Shown: piece after piece, positions 25,570 through 39,011 of the stretch
Numbering within the stretch: position 1 is the first letter of the stretch
Layout: each line of letters begins with the position of its first letter
NCBI GenBank assembly: GCA_013239625.1
Contig: MU053652.1
Span: 9,002,077 to 9,066,076, forward strand
Direction of reading: 5' to 3'
Length of the DNA: 64,000 nucleotides
Source of the DNA: Lama guanicoe
Taxonomy: Eukaryota
Made by a program: the position numbers and the translations under genes
Notes under the pieces: model-generated
Told to the model about the DNA's origin: nothing
The model's database searches: none
Seen by the model: the letters and a program-made list of their open reading frames with translations, nothing else

Positions 25570-25790
25570 GACAACCGGGCTCCAGAACTAGGAAAACTGG
25601 CTGGGAACCCTGTCTCCTTTGATGACCAGTTTGGTGACTTTGAGTACGTTATTTAATCTCTTCATGCTTCAGTTCCTTCATCTGTAAAATGGGGCTAGTA
25701 AGCCTCACAGCTTGTTTTCAGGATTGAACGTGTTACTTATATCACATGCTTTCCTGACACAACACTCAGTAAATGTGAGCTATAGTTATT
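25570..25790. mobile_element. MIR
   Basis: TTTAATCTCTTCATGCTTCAGTTCCTTCATCTGTAAAATGGGGCTAGTAA. Confidence 0.7.
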
Positions 25791-26129
25791 ACTTACGCAA
25801 AACAGATTATATTCATTTTTTCCAGAGTTACTGAGGTACAACTGACAAAACTGCGAGATATTTAAAGTGTACAACATGACAACTTGATATATGTTACATT
25901 GTGAAAGGATTCTCACCAAGTTGATTAACACACCCATCATCTCACCTGGTTACCTTTTGTTCTGTTTTTTTTTTTTGTTTGTTTGTTTGTTTTTGGTGAA
26001 AACACGTAAGCTCTACTCCCTTCGCAAATTTCAATTATACAATACAGTGTAATTGTAGTTGACTCTGTCACTGTGTTGTACGTTAGATCCTCATTTATCT
26101 TACTGCTGAAAGTTGGTACACCCTTACCA

Positions 26130-26775
26130 TAGCTTAAGGGCTCACTCCTATTAGACTGCCCCCTTAACCTTCAGATGCCAGTTGCAAGTCCAGCTTGTCC
26201 CCTGTGCATCTGACTGTCTATAGATTGGAAGTTCCAATGACCCACTCCTCAGGTTCCATTAATTTGCTAGAGTGGCTCCCAGAACTCAGAGAAACATTCT
26301 ACTTACTAGATTACCAGTTTATTACAAAAGGCTATAATTCAGAAACAGCCATTTGGAAGAGATGCATAGGGCAGAGTACGGGGAAAGGATTTGGAGCGTC
26401 CATGCTCTCTCCAAGTATATTATTCTCCCCAAATCCCTACAAATTCACCAACTAGGAGGCTCTCCAAATCTTGTTCTTCTGGGTTTTTATGGAGGCTTCA
26501 TTATAGAGACATGATTGATTAAACCACTGGCCACTGATGATGAATTCAACCTCCATCCTTTCCTTTCCGAGAGGTCAGGGGGTTGGGACTGCAAGTTCTA
26601 ACTCTCCAATCATAAGGTTGGCTCCCTTGGAAACCAGCTTTCCAAACCTCACCTCATTAACATCACAAAAGACACTTCTATTGCTCTCATCACAGGAAAC
26701 TCCAAGGGTTTTAGGAGCTCTGTGCCAGGAACAGGGATAAAACAAAATGTATATTCCTTATAAACCATGTCACAC
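26130..26775. mobile_element. MER21-like LTR nested in L1
   Basis: CTTCAGATGCCAGTTGCAAGTCCAG...TTAATTTGCTAGAGTGGCTCCCAGAACTCAGAGAAACA matches recalled MER21. Confidence 0.65.
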
Positions 26776-27140
26776 CATGTTGTCACAAATGAAAATATTT
26801 CCTTCTTTTTTATGGTTGAATCTATTCCATTGTAAATACATGCCACATTTTCTTGATCCATTTGTTCATTAATGGACGCTTAGGTTGTTTCCGTTCCTTA
26901 ACTATTACGAATAATGTTGCCACTGAACATGCGAAAACAGACTTCCTTGGGAAAGTGGTTTCGTTTCCTGTGCATATATGCTCAGAAGTAGGAATGCAGG
27001 ATTATGTGATGGTTCTAATTTTAATTTCTTGAGGAACCTCTATAGCAGTATATATTCCCATCACCAGAGTACAAGGGTTCCCTTTTCTGCACATGGTCAT
27101 GAGCATTTGTTATCTCTTGTCTTTTTGGTAGTAGCCATCC

Positions 27141-27256
27141 TGCACAAAACACCAGTTTTGTTTCTGTTTTCGTTTTGGGAGGTACTGGGAAATGAACTCA
27201 GGACCTCATGCATGCTAAGCATGCACTCTACCACTGAGCAATACCCCTCCCCCTAC
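27141..27256 (-). mobile_element. tRNA-derived SINE (camelid Vic-1-like) with TSD
   Basis: GGAGGTACTGGGAAATGAACTCAGGACCTCATGCATGCTAAGCATGCACTCTACCACTGAGCAATACCCCTCCCC; AGTAGCCATCC on both flanks. Confidence 0.85.
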
Positions 27257-27999
27257 AGTAGCCATCCCAACTGGTGAGAAGTGATCATCATTGTGTGTTG
27301 TTGTTTTTTTTAAATTTTTTTGTTGAAGTATAGTTGATTTACAGTGTTAGTTTCAGGTGTACAGCAAAATTATTCAGTTATACATATGCATACATTTTTT
27401 TTTCATTGTAGATTTGATTTGCATTTACCCAGTGATTAGTGATGTTAAAAACCTTTTCACGTACCTGTTGGCTATTTGTTTGCCTTCTTTGGAAAAAAAA
27501 ATCTATTCAGGACGTTTGCCCATTTTTTGATTGGGTTTTTTTTTTTTTCCAGTTGCAGGAGTTCTTTTGTATAATTTAGATATTAACTATAGCTTTGTAA
27601 TATTGTTTGAAACCGAAAGGTATGATGCCTCCAGGCTTCTTTCTCAAGATTACTTTGTGGTTCTATTCAAATTTTAGGATTGTTTTTTACTGTTTCTGTG
27701 AAAATAGTAATTGGAATTACTTTTGGAATTTTGATAGGGATTGCATTGATTCTGTAGTTCACTTTGGGTAGAATATTAATTCTTTTGGTCTATGAAGCAA
27801 GGACTTTCTTTCAATTTATTTGTGTCTTCTTCAATTTCTTTCATCAATATCTGACAGTTTTCAGTATACAAATCAACCATCTTTCATTGATTAAATTTAC
27901 TCCTATTTTATTCTTTTTTGATGCTATTGTAAGTTGGATTGTTTTCTTAATTTCTCTTTTTGATAGTTCACTGGAAAAACATCATATTTCAACTCCTGC

Positions 28000-30100
28000 T
28001 TTATTTTAGCTAGCTTTGTGTAACCATCTTTATATATTCTCATTTTAGAACTTTTTCTGAATGAATGACATTGTTTTAGATGTATCTCACATACAATATA
28101 TAATTTTTAAAATTTACCAAATATAATCTTTTTCTTTTGGCAAATGAATTTACACTATTTATATTTGTTAATATAGCAAATGTATTGTTTTTTATTTCTT
28201 TCTATCATGTTAATACCTCATAGTCTTTCTTTTGCTACACGAATTTTTTTGATATGTGCAGATTTTTCTTTTTATAATTTGGACAATTTTTTTGGTCTAT
28301 TTTAAAACTTATACTTATCTTTTCAACTTTATGTATTATACCTAATCTTTTTTTTTTAGCTACTTTATACTATTCCTTGTAGAAGGAAATAAGAAAGTCA
28401 GCAATTTACACTTTCTCTTAACTATTTCCTTATCTTTTGTCTTCTAAATTTTAATTAACATTTTTATTTTCAGTCACTTCAGTAGTTCCTTTTATATTTT
28501 TATGTAGTTAAATCTTGACTTACCAAAATGTAATAAAAAATTTTTATTCACTAAAAAGAGGTGCTAAAAGTATAGAACTTATACTTATTCCCGTTTTCCT
28601 TCTAAATTTTTGCTTGTTGTATTATTTTTATAGTGCCAAAACTTAAAGCCTTCATTTTCTGCAATTATATTTGCCATAGTTGTTTTTCTTAGTTCTATGT
28701 TCAGCGCTCAGAATGCACTGTTTGACCCCATATGTTATGTACAATTGTGGTCTTAAATTTGCTTTATGGTTATAACATTTTTTTTGTTACTAATTTCTAA
28801 CGTAAGTGCATCGTGGTCAGAAAATGTGGCCTGAGTGATGCCAATATTTTACCTTTCTTGAGGCTTTCTTTATGGTTTGTGGTCAATTTTTACTTGTTTC
28901 TGTGTGCTGGACATGAATATATATTGTCTATTTTTTAGGTGGCAGATTCTGTATACATCTAGCCTGTTGCATTGTTCAACTATTTTCCGTCTGCTGGTCT
29001 TTAATAATAGAGAGAGATATCTTGAAATCTCCATCTCTGCTGGTGATTTGTCCATGTCTTACTGTGTTTTAATTACTTTTTTCTTATTTATTTTGAAGAT
29101 ATTTTACAAGGTATATAAAAAGTTAAAATTTTAAAATAAACCATTTGACTAATTGAACTTTTCATCTTTATATAGTGATCTTTTTAGAAAAGAAATCACA
29201 AATAAAATTTTTTGTCTTACGGTCTATGTTGTTTGATATTAAAATTTCCCCTCCTAGTATAGTATGAAATCTTTTACTGGTTCTTACCATTTAACTTTGT
29301 GCTTTTTATTTGCCTAAGTTACTTTTCGTTTTTTCTTTTTCTTTCTTTTTTGCTTATTTGGTTTTTGCTCATTGCATATTTTTTCTCTACTGGTTTGAAA
29401 GTTATACACCGTATTTCTATTTTATTGAGGGCAATTCTTGAAATTGTACCATTTAGATTTAATAAAATCCAAAATTAATTGACTGCTAATCCCCAATCCA
29501 GACAAGGATCTTGGCACATCTTAATTCATATCACTACTTCTTTCGGTTTATCTGCAATCAGTTTTTTAAAGTCTTCATTTCTTTTTGTGTTCACACCTTC
29601 TTTCTGGACTTACCTTGTTTCTTCCTAAAGTCCATCTTTAGGATGTGTCTTAGTGGAGCTCCATTGCTATGTACTCAGTGTTCCTTTATCTTCCCACAAA
29701 GATGACACCAGGCCCATACATACATATAAGAAAATTTTTGTTCTTAAAAGATAGTTTTGATGGCTCTAGAATTCTAGTTGTTAGTTTGTTTGGTTTTTTT
29801 AGTGAACTCTAAATGTCTTATTTTACTTCTCTGGCAACAGTGGACACTAATGTAGCTGCTATTGGTCTTTCTATTAGTCCTTTCTCTCCAGCTGTTTTAA
29901 AAATGTAAAGTTTTAAATTGAAAAATGGTTGCTTCAATCTTCCTGATCTCCAATTTTATTATAATATTTCTATATCTCTTTAATTTCTTTTCCTATTTTC
30001 CATATTCCTGTCTCTTTGTGTTGCATTATGGTAATTTTTGGTTCTTCAATTTGCTTTCAGTGATATTTAACATACCACTAAGGTGGTATTATTATTATTA
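28000..30100 (-). mobile_element. Highly degenerate LINE-1 fragments
   Basis: Very T-rich; GTGGTCAGAAAATGTGGCCTG and CTTGAAATCTCCATCTCTGCTGGTGATTTGTCC motifs. Confidence 0.55.
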
Positions 30101-30434
30101 TTATTAATCAGTAGTAGTAGTAGTAAATGTAAGTTACCATTAATATCCTAGTTCTTGGATTATGTGGTGGATTTCCAAATGTTTATTATGTTTTTAAGAT
30201 AAAATGAAATATAATGGCCATTCTTGAACAAATGATTCTAGTGTGCTATGAGTCAAGGGTTACGATTAAATCAATTCTGTGCACCTACTTTCCAATAAAA
30301 ATACATTTTCAAATAATCTCAGAAGCTTTAAACAGTTTTTTCTCATTCAAAAAATTCTATTTTTTAATTTTTAAGTATATCCTACCTAATAATTTTATAT
30401 TATGTATTGTTTTTAAAGGTTTCAAGATAGCCTA

Positions 30435-30750
30435 TTTTATTTTTTAATTTATTATTTTAAATTGAAATATACTCAGTTTACAGTGCTGTGTCAATATCTG
30501 GTGTACAGCATAGTGTTTCAGTCATACATATGCATACGTATATTGCTTTTCATATTCTTTTTCATTATAGGTTACTACAGGATATTGAATATAGTTCCCT
30601 ATGCTATACAGTAGAAACTTGTTGTTTATCTATTTTATATATAGTAGTATCTGCAAATCTCAAGCTCCTAATTTATCCCTTCCACTTTTCCTGTCTGGTA
30701 ACCGTAAATTTGTTTTCTATGTCTGTGAGCCTGTTTCTGTTTTGTAGGTA
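30435..30750 (-). mobile_element. L1 3' end
   Basis: T-tract plus TCTGGTGTACAGCATAGTGTTTCAGTCATACAT...TGTTTTCTATGTCTGTGAG. Confidence 0.8.
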
Positions 30751-30849
30751 ATACTACTATGACATACTGTGTATCTTAATTTCAACATCTGAAGCCCATC
30801 TTCTGAGTCTGTTACGTGTTTTTAATGCTATATTTGTTACTCAAAAGGC

Positions 30850-31850
30850 TTATAACTAAAAAAGGAAAGATTGATAAATTAGGCCACATTAAAACCAAGA
30901 ACTTTTATTTATTAAAAAAGTCATTAAGAAAGTAAAAGGAAAGATTTAAAAGGAAAGAAGTTTTCTTGCATTCATGTGTCTGACTAAAGACATATTCAGA
31001 GTATTTAAAAAAAAAATCCCTACAAATCAAAAAGAAAATGAAAATCATGAGCTAACTGGGCTAAGAATTTGAACAGATACTTCACAAAAGAGAGTTTCCA
31101 AATGGTTAGTAAGCCTATAATAAGGTGCTTAACATTATTACAATTCAGGGAAATTGAAATTAAAATTAAATAATTAAATACCATTATACACCTCACACAA
31201 TGGCTAAAATAAAAAAGACTGGCAGTACCAAGTGTTGGCAAGCCTGTGGAATTCCCATACATGGCTGCTGGGAGTGTAAACTGATACAGCCTCTTAGGAA
31301 AAATTTGGCATTATCTACCGAAAATAAACATACGCAAACCCTATGACCTGGAAATTCCACTTTCAACAGAAATTACACCCAACAGAAACATTTACGTATA
31401 TGCACCAAAAAGCACATACTCTTCAGTGTGGAATTATCCTATACTATCACTGTGTTAGGAATATCCCAAAGCAGCAGTATCCAGTTATAGCTCCAATAAC
31501 TCATTTATATTAGAGTGAAAAAATAAATTGTGGAATATTCATATAATGGCGCAATGAAAATGGAGTACTGTGAACACACAACACCATGGATTAATCTCAA
31601 GACACAATGAGGAGGGGCAAGAAGCTAGACACAGGAATATGTACTATATTTTGCATTTATATAAAGTCAAAGAATGGGCAAAACTAATCTATGGTGTTAG
31701 AGACCAGACATTGATTAACTTTGAGACAAGGGTATTGACTGGGAGACAGACCAAAGGAATGAGCTTTGGAAATACCGGTAATGTTCTATTTCTTTATTTG
31801 GCTAGCTAGTGTGTGTATATTTTAAAATTTTATTTTTCAATAAATTTGAT
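30850..31850 (+). mobile_element. Old LINE-1 (L1ME-like) 3' part
   Basis: GGGCTAAGAATTTGAACAGATACTTCACAAAAGAG, GCTGCTGGGAGTGTAAACTGATACAGCC, AAAACTAATCTATGGTGTTAGA. Confidence 0.8.
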
Positions 31851-33390
31851 TATTTGTGTACTTTACTATACATAGTCATACTGAAGTAAGAAGTTTACTT
31901 GAAAAAATAACCTGTATATTCTCTATTCCAGAGTTTGACATTAACTTATATAAAATTCATTTTCAATTTTTTAAAGGGCTCAAATTGGCTTTGTGGATTA
32001 TATTCCATATAACATCTATTGCTTACTGCGAAGTATACTAAATATTTTGCATTCACTATCTTATTAAATCTTCACAATAATCCTGTATGTTAGAAATTAG
32101 GCCCATTTTGTATGTGAAGAATTAAACTCAGAGAAACTGAGTTTTTGCCTAAGATCATACAACTAATAATATAGCTATGCTGTGCTACCCTGACGATAGT
32201 TAAAGCTACAAGTTAATTTCAGGACAGAAGCAGTTTTCAAATTGGAGTCTTAAGCATGGAGAACATAGTTAAGTCATTTAACCTCAATGTCTACTTTCTC
32301 ACTATAATATAAATTACCTTTGACAAGCAGAATGGTAATGATACTTTTTTTCCTGAGTTTTTGAGCTCCTGTAAATAAAGGGAAAAGTTCTAAATGACCA
32401 CTGTTAATGCTAAATATTTTCTTTGAACATGTTCACCTCAATAGTTTTCTAAATAAAAGGCTTAGAAAATGAATATTCATTTCTCTGTATCTGTTGTTGA
32501 CTAAAGAATTTCACCCAGTCATTGGGCTTCTGAGGCTGTGATAAATACTTACTACTATTTGTCTTTTGATGACTTTTACAGGGAGGCAAACTGTGTAGCA
32601 CTCCAAAGGGATTCTACTATGAAACAAATTGTCTGACATTACCGTAAGTAGCTTGAAAATACTGTAACCACTGATGAACGGTTGTTGTTAAAGTATCTTA
32701 GAATCAATGAAAGAAATTAGTAAATAGAAAACCCAGTCTTAAGAGAGATCTTCTTATGGTTTTCTAGTTAAGAAAAAATAAATTAGCACTCTCAGCAGGG
32801 GTAAAGCAGTAGATTGTGTAGGATTCTCTTGAAAAAGGAGACTTCACTCCCAATGTTAATTTAATTTGCATGCACTTCTGGGGAAGTCATTTATCACTTT
32901 ACTGTGGATATACCTTGAATAATATTTATATGTCTATATAAGCATCTAATAAAAATAACTCCTATCTCTGGAAGACCAATTCAGAATTGGTTAACAAAGA
33001 CATCAATTGAAGGAAAATTTTGATAAGAATTAAGTATAATCCATTTACACGTCACTTATGAACTGTTTCATCAGTGTTATGCACAAAGACTGAGAACAAG
33101 GAAGCTCTGGTTGTATTTATCCATTTCTTGTGCTATGTACGATGCCCTAAAATTCAATTCTTTGATTCACAAAATGCAAGTTATCAGGATGCTGACTCCA
33201 TTTTCAGCAGTCATGAATTTGGGGAACCCAGTTAACAAAAAGAAGACTGAAGCTGATTTGCCTTACAGAATCTGAGCGATATTGCTGATGTCAGTGTGAA
33301 CTAGGGTATAAATACGGATAGCTTAGCTTCATAATGAACGTACAGGGCAATTAATTCTATCTGAAAAGTGAGAACCACTCCGCCTCTTAC

Positions 33391-33584
33391 CCGTGACTGT
33401 TCACCTCTAACGAGGACCTGCTGTTGGGAGGCCCCTCCGGTCTTGCCCTCTTCACGCCCACGTGACTCTCAGCCCCCTGGTGCTCTTTGCTGAAAGGACA
33501 GTAGAGTCCAGCATTTACTAGACACCTTAGCGTTTTGGTTTCCTCACTCGTGTAAATTGAACTCCCTCTTCTTGCCATGGTATC
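33391..33584 (-). CDS. Candidate exon with strong-context ATG: MARRGSSIYTSEETKTLRCLVNAGLYCPFSKEHQGAESHVGVKRARPEGPPNSRSSLEVNSH(G)
   Basis: cttttattcag|GATACCATGG...CACGG|gtaaga; open from ATG at 33578 to the donor; no recognisable homology. Confidence 0.3.
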
Positions 33585-33749
33585 CTGAATAAAAGATCAG
33601 ACACTAAAATTACTTCAATTTTTCATAGGAAAAAGGTGAAGGCCAAATATTTGAAGACCAGAGGGACTACAGATATTTGCTAGATTAAGAAACACTGCAA
33701 GACAAAGAGGGCTGTGACTCTGCCGCCTGCAGGGTAGTGGCGGGAGGGT

Positions 33750-33850
33750 GGGGGGAGGGTTGGCACAGCTTGGTGGGAGAGCGCATGCTCAGCATGCACA
33801 AGGTCCTAGGCTCAATCCCTGGTGTGTCCATTAAAAAAAATTAAAGAAAA
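33750..33850 (+). mobile_element. tRNA-derived SINE (camelid Vic-1-like)
   Basis: GGTGGGAGAGCGCATGCTCAGCATGCACAAGGTCCTAGGCTCAATCCCTGG plus A-rich tail. Confidence 0.8.
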
Positions 33851-34029
33851 GGGACTTGGACTGCCCAGGTTCAAGTTCCCCCACCTTCACTCACTAGCAG
33901 TGAGACTGGAAAGGACTTAACCTCTTGAATCCTCAGTGTTTTAAAGTCTGTAAAGCAGGAATAACATCTAATTCTTTGGGGAAGTGATGTAAGGATGAGA
34001 AGCAATCATATAGCTACAGTGCTTATTAA

Positions 34030-34255
34030 TTATGATGATAGTATTTATATAAGTATATAATTATGTAAGTGTAATTATATGTTATATATTTTATGTTGCA
34101 ATATAATATAAAAATATAATAAGAACATAAATACACTTACTAATTGATATATACATGTGTTATATTTTATATGAAGTATTTATTATTATATTATGTATTT
34201 ATATAAGTATATACAAGTATAATTATAGCAATTATATTCATTATAATTATAATGC
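34030..34255. repeat. AT-rich low-complexity tract
   Basis: Directly visible degenerate TA/ATT repeats. Confidence 0.8.
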
Positions 34256-36064
34256 CTAGCACATTTTAAATACCCACATTTAAAGCTGAAGGCTTTTGGG
34301 TCTGTTTAGCAGCCCCCTCCCCCTTCATCTGGAGGGTAACGTGATTTGAGCACGTGGTTTGAATACTGCCAATCAGTGTCCCAACCCCAGTCACCATGAT
34401 TAGTTTAGGGTGGGCAAGGGACTGAGTGGGTCAGTTACCCTAAATGTAATTTATCCCCCTTAATTAATATAGTAGTTACTTACTACAGCTTTTATCATTA
34501 TTAAGTTATTTAAACTATGTCATAGTGTTAAGTCCGTATGTTTATAGAAAACTCTGGTAAATAATAATGAGGTAATTTATCACATCTTACATGTTAAAGG
34601 CAGAAAGAATGGGAAAGTGGATCCAGTAGTAAGTGAACATTACTTTCGAACGGGACTCATGTGAGCCCAGATATTTCCTTTGTTTTATTCCATAATCTGG
34701 TTGTAGTAAGCATTCTGCCACTCACTAGCAGAAGAGTTTTGACTAATATTAAGAGGTAACAGGAGTCCTCCAGGTCCAGAGACATTGTTCAGTGGGCTCC
34801 GGGAGCAGCACCCAGGGCAGTTGAATCCTAAGTGCATCGTAAACTCAAGCTGAGGCCAGATTTGGGTCCGTAATAAAACCATAACATTCTGGTCAGCTTG
34901 GACAGATCAGATTTTCTTTGGGATTTTGACAGATTCTGCAAATCAGATTCAGCAAATTGCAAATGCCCAGATGACAGAATAACTGATAGTAGAGTTAAGA
35001 TACTGCAACACCTTCCTTTCACCGGAAAAGAGCTGCTCCCCGAGCACCCCTGCTGCTGGCCACTGGTCTCAAGGCCGACTGTCTTTTTTGATCCAGCCGA
35101 GAACTGATCATTTTGGTAGCAGTCATCTGACATTCCTGACGGAAGCTTTAAAATTCTGCCTCGATTAACTACAGTGTATTGCTCGACAGCTACTTAATCC
35201 TAAATCTAATTTTTTTGCGTTTCCCATCTGATGTTTGAAATGAAAATATAAATTCTGATTCTGACTTTTAAAAAATTTAGTCATAAAACAGTTTGGATTG
35301 ATGAACTGATCAACTTACGTGAAGAAATTTAAACCTCCTGAATTTTTTTTAATGTCCAATTTTACCCGATGGTAAAAAAATCAGCTTTCAGTACTTGATT
35401 GTGAAAACAGTGCCTCCAGAAAATCTGATGTCCTGCTGAGAATGAGACTGGTCAGTGACATTTAGTTGTGTCTTTATCTTTTATCTAGTTTTCTGTTTCT
35501 TTCCCCCTACCTCCCACCACTGGTCTTTCCCATGTCTGGTCCATTCATGTTCTGCCTTTAGGGCAGAAAATTGCCTGTATTAGAAAAAGCTATAAGTCGC
35601 TGTGGGCTCTGGGCTCCCAGCTGCCACTTGAATAAATAATGCTATTTTAATAAAAAGATCGTGCAATCTAAAGGTCACATTATAACGACTCACTTTAGTC
35701 TTTAATATGACCAGTCATCAGAGATGGAGTTAGCAGTGAGATTTGAATAAGAAAGATTCACAATTCTGATTTTCATCTGTGCTCCTTGGCAACACTTCCT
35801 GAGAACAGTGTGAACGAAATTCCAAGACTAAATAGCCAATAGCATAATACACTTTCCAGCATGCTGAGAAATAGAGAGTGAAGAAAATTAAAGCTCCAGA
35901 GGTTTCCCATGGAAGATTTCATAAATTATTTTCTAGTACAAAAATGAGGTTGAAAATAGCTCCCATAACATTTTTATACTTATACCAGGTTTAGACAAAA
36001 ATCTAAAATTATGCAGGTATTGATACACAACGTACTTACACACGAATAAATATAATTTTAATTA

Positions 36065-36300
36065 TACTGTCATGTATTGGATACCTACTATTTGGCAGGC
36101 ACTGGGCTGAGTGCTTTACAGGAGTTAGCTCATTTAATTCTCACAGTAGCCCCAGTGTGGTAGCTATGATAAGGTCCGTTGTACAGATGAGAAACTGAGG
36201 CTTATAGGGGTTAAGGAACTTTCCTCGATCTGTCCAGCGCAGGAGCCAGGGCTTCAGTGCGGTTTTGTTGGTTTCAGAGCCTGGACTTTTCTTGACAATG
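36065..36300. mobile_element. MIR
   Basis: GGCACTGGGCTGAGTGCTTTACA...CATTTAATTCTCACAG...ACAGATGAGAAACTGAGGCTTA. Confidence 0.8.
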
Positions 36301-38714
36301 CTGTTCCATGGAAACATTAAGTTTGTTTATTTGCTTTTTTTCTTTACAGATACCCTATGTTTGTCACTTCCTACAATGAAACATAAGTTAAAAAAATTTT
36401 TTTTCAGTATATATGCATATATTTATTTTTATCTTTTAAACTTATTATTTTGAAATTATTGTAGTGCATTAGGGTTCCACATAGTCTAGTCTGATTTCAT
36501 CAGTTTTTACAAACACTCTTTGTTCACCATCATTTGGTACAGGATTGTGATGCCTTCCATTAAATGGAAGTTCCCAGTTTTATTTTGTCAAATATTTCAG
36601 CCCTTCTTTTTTTTATTGACTCTGACTTTCTTGACTTGCTTACAAAGACTTTTCCCACCACCAAGTTATGGAAATATCTTTTAATGTTTTCTTTTAGGAT
36701 TTTATTTCTTTTAGAGTTTACTTTTTGTACAATTTAATTTTCTCTCCAAAAGTGCAGCCAGTTTTGATAACATCATTTATTGAGTAGTCAGTCTGTTCCT
36801 GCTGATTTGAATGCCACTTTTATCGTATAAATTTGTCCACCATTATGCTCTTTATATTGTTCTATTTTTCTTTTAGTCTATTATTGCACCAATACTGTGT
36901 AGTTTAGATGTAATTTTCAAACGTGTATAAATAGCACACTTTAACAAGGAAATAACACTGATGGGGGCCTATGGAGCTTGGAGTTTCCTTCTCTGAGTCC
37001 ATGGTGGTCCTGTGCAGGGCCCCAAATCACATATTCTGGGGACCAGGCACGTATCACAAATGTGTGATGAGGTCAGTGCTAAGTAAATAAAAATTGGTCT
37101 ATACCATAAACACGTAGGTAATGCCTCTCTTAAAAGCATTCCATTTTAATATTGTAATATAACTTCCTGTCCAAACACATCTGTGGCCTCTAAATGTCTA
37201 CCTTTGGTCTAGTGGAAAGAATTTGGTAGAATCAAAAATCTTTCCAAGCTTCACCATTTATTAACTCTAAGACTGAGCAAATTACTTAACTTCTCAGAAG
37301 TTTAGTTTCTTCATTATGAAGGAGAAATAACAGTACTTTCCAACAGGATAGGACTAATTATTACATGAAATAATATGTATAAAAATACTGTGTATAGTGC
37401 CTTGTACATGATCTTCAATATCAATAGATATTCGTGGAATTTAAGCAGTGACTTATTCAGGGAAATAAATGTTGTATCATTTGATCTAGGTAAAGGGTCT
37501 CCCTTTTTTAGCAAAAAAGAAAATATGTTGTTTTAATTTCATGTTTTTTTGTTTTGGGGTGGCAGTGTGATGTCATCTTTCAATAAAGGCTCTTTTTAGC
37601 CCATTATATTCAGGCAGCTGGAAACCTTGTAAATAAAAATTTATGAGCCTCATGTAGAACACTTGTTTTCGGTACTATCTAGGGAATACAAATAATTATC
37701 AGATGTCATCCATGTAGTCCTTGCTCTTGATAAATTTATACTCTGATTAAGACACACATATTGTAGAGGACTTTTTATCCTGTCCAACATCTTTTCTTTT
37801 TGAGAACTTGACCACCCTACTCTCAATTCATGTGTTGGGTTGGGGTTTACCTAGAAGTAGGCATATGTGTCACAGGCCTGGCCTTTCAGAGAAGTTCACT
37901 TTCTACCAGCTATCATTGCTTCGAATCTGAGCTTGGTACCCAAGTCAGTTAACCGAATTCTGAGACTTCTGCTAGAACTATGGCAAAAGAAAATCTTTGA
38001 ATGAATTGTTAATGCTAGCAAAATATAAGCCTAAAACTGCCTATGAGTCATCACATTGGCAGTCTAAGAAGACTGCCACTGTAGAAGGTAGCAGAACTGA
38101 GAGATGGAGGATGGAGACCAAGGCTGGAGCCCCTGAATTCAGCTTTGTCTCTGTGTGTTCATCCCTTGAACCTCCTGATTGCCTCCTGGGTTTATGCTAG
38201 TTTGCGCTGTGTTTCTGTTATTTTCAACTAAGTATTGTGACCACGTAAGAGCACAATACGGGTATGAAAAACATGCAAGGAAGCTTACAGTGCAAAATAA
38301 ACCATCAGTCAGTTTCTTGGGAAATCCGAGAGTCGACTCCGCTTTCTAGGCGTAATGGTTCCAGGTCTAGTTCATACCAACGGGGGAGGAGTTTTGGGAG
38401 GAGACAAGAGGGATTAGTGCAGTTTTAAAATGTATCCTTAGAAATTGAGGTTCCATTGGCCCTCACACATAATGGAACCCCAAATCCAATGTAGAGGAAT
38501 TTTCCTTCTTATGACTAGCCTGCATTATGTTTCAGCATGCTTCCTTGGTGGGGTGCAATGAAATGGACTTAACAAAAGTAGAGAGAGGGAGAATTCACTC
38601 AGGTGTAAGGACTGAGATTCAGTTGGGTGATGTTTAGGTGCGGCAGAAAACATACTGGGATGGGAGTGGCCTGGATGGACTTCATTCTGCTGCCCCCTGA
38701 TGCTTCCTCCCTGT

Positions 38715-38920
38715 CTTTCTTTCTTTTTCTTTTTTTTTTTTTTGAGTTTTCTTTCTTTTTTTAATTGAGGTATAATCAATTTACAATGTGTCGGTTTCTG
38801 GTGTGCAGCATACTGTTTCAGTCATACATGTACATACATATATTCATTTTCATTATAAGTTACTACGAGATAGTGAATATAGTTCCCTGTGCTATACAGT
38901 AGAAACTTGTTGTTTATCTG
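38715..38920 (-). mobile_element. L1 3' end with long poly(A)
   Basis: T-tract at 38715-38762 plus ATTGAGGTATAATCAATTTACAATGTGTCGGTTTCTGGTGTGCAG...GTAGAAACTTGTTGTTTATC. Confidence 0.85.
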
Positions 38921-39011
38921 TTTTTTTTCTATTTTTTAAAGAGCTCAACTTTTTATTGAACATGTCACAAAAGAGGTGGGGTCAAAAAGACCAAAGCCCA
39001 TGTCATCATCA
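38921..39011 (-). pseudogene. RPLP1: Very short processed RPLP1 fragment (last codons, 3'UTR, poly(A))
   Basis: Minus strand GATGATGACATGGGCTTTGGTCTTTTTGAC = DDDMGFGLFD (P-protein C-terminus), then ACCTCTTTTGTGACATGTTCAATAAAAAG matching the recalled RPLP1 3'UTR, then an A-tract; stop codon position reads CCC. Confidence 0.8.

Larger units (their letters stand above)
25815..27990 (-). mobile_element. LINE-1 (L1MA-like) antisense, hosting nested LTR, SINE and L1 tail
   Basis: L1 3'UTR/ORF2 antisense motifs (CCACATTTTCTTGATCCATT, GGTTCTAATTTTAATTTCTTGAGGAACCTC). Confidence 0.8.

Noticed and set aside
32582..32643. + strand exon-like unit ttttacag|...|gtaagt (GGKLCSTPKGFYYETNCLTL)
   Set aside because: Good splice sites, but isolated with no partner exon I could link
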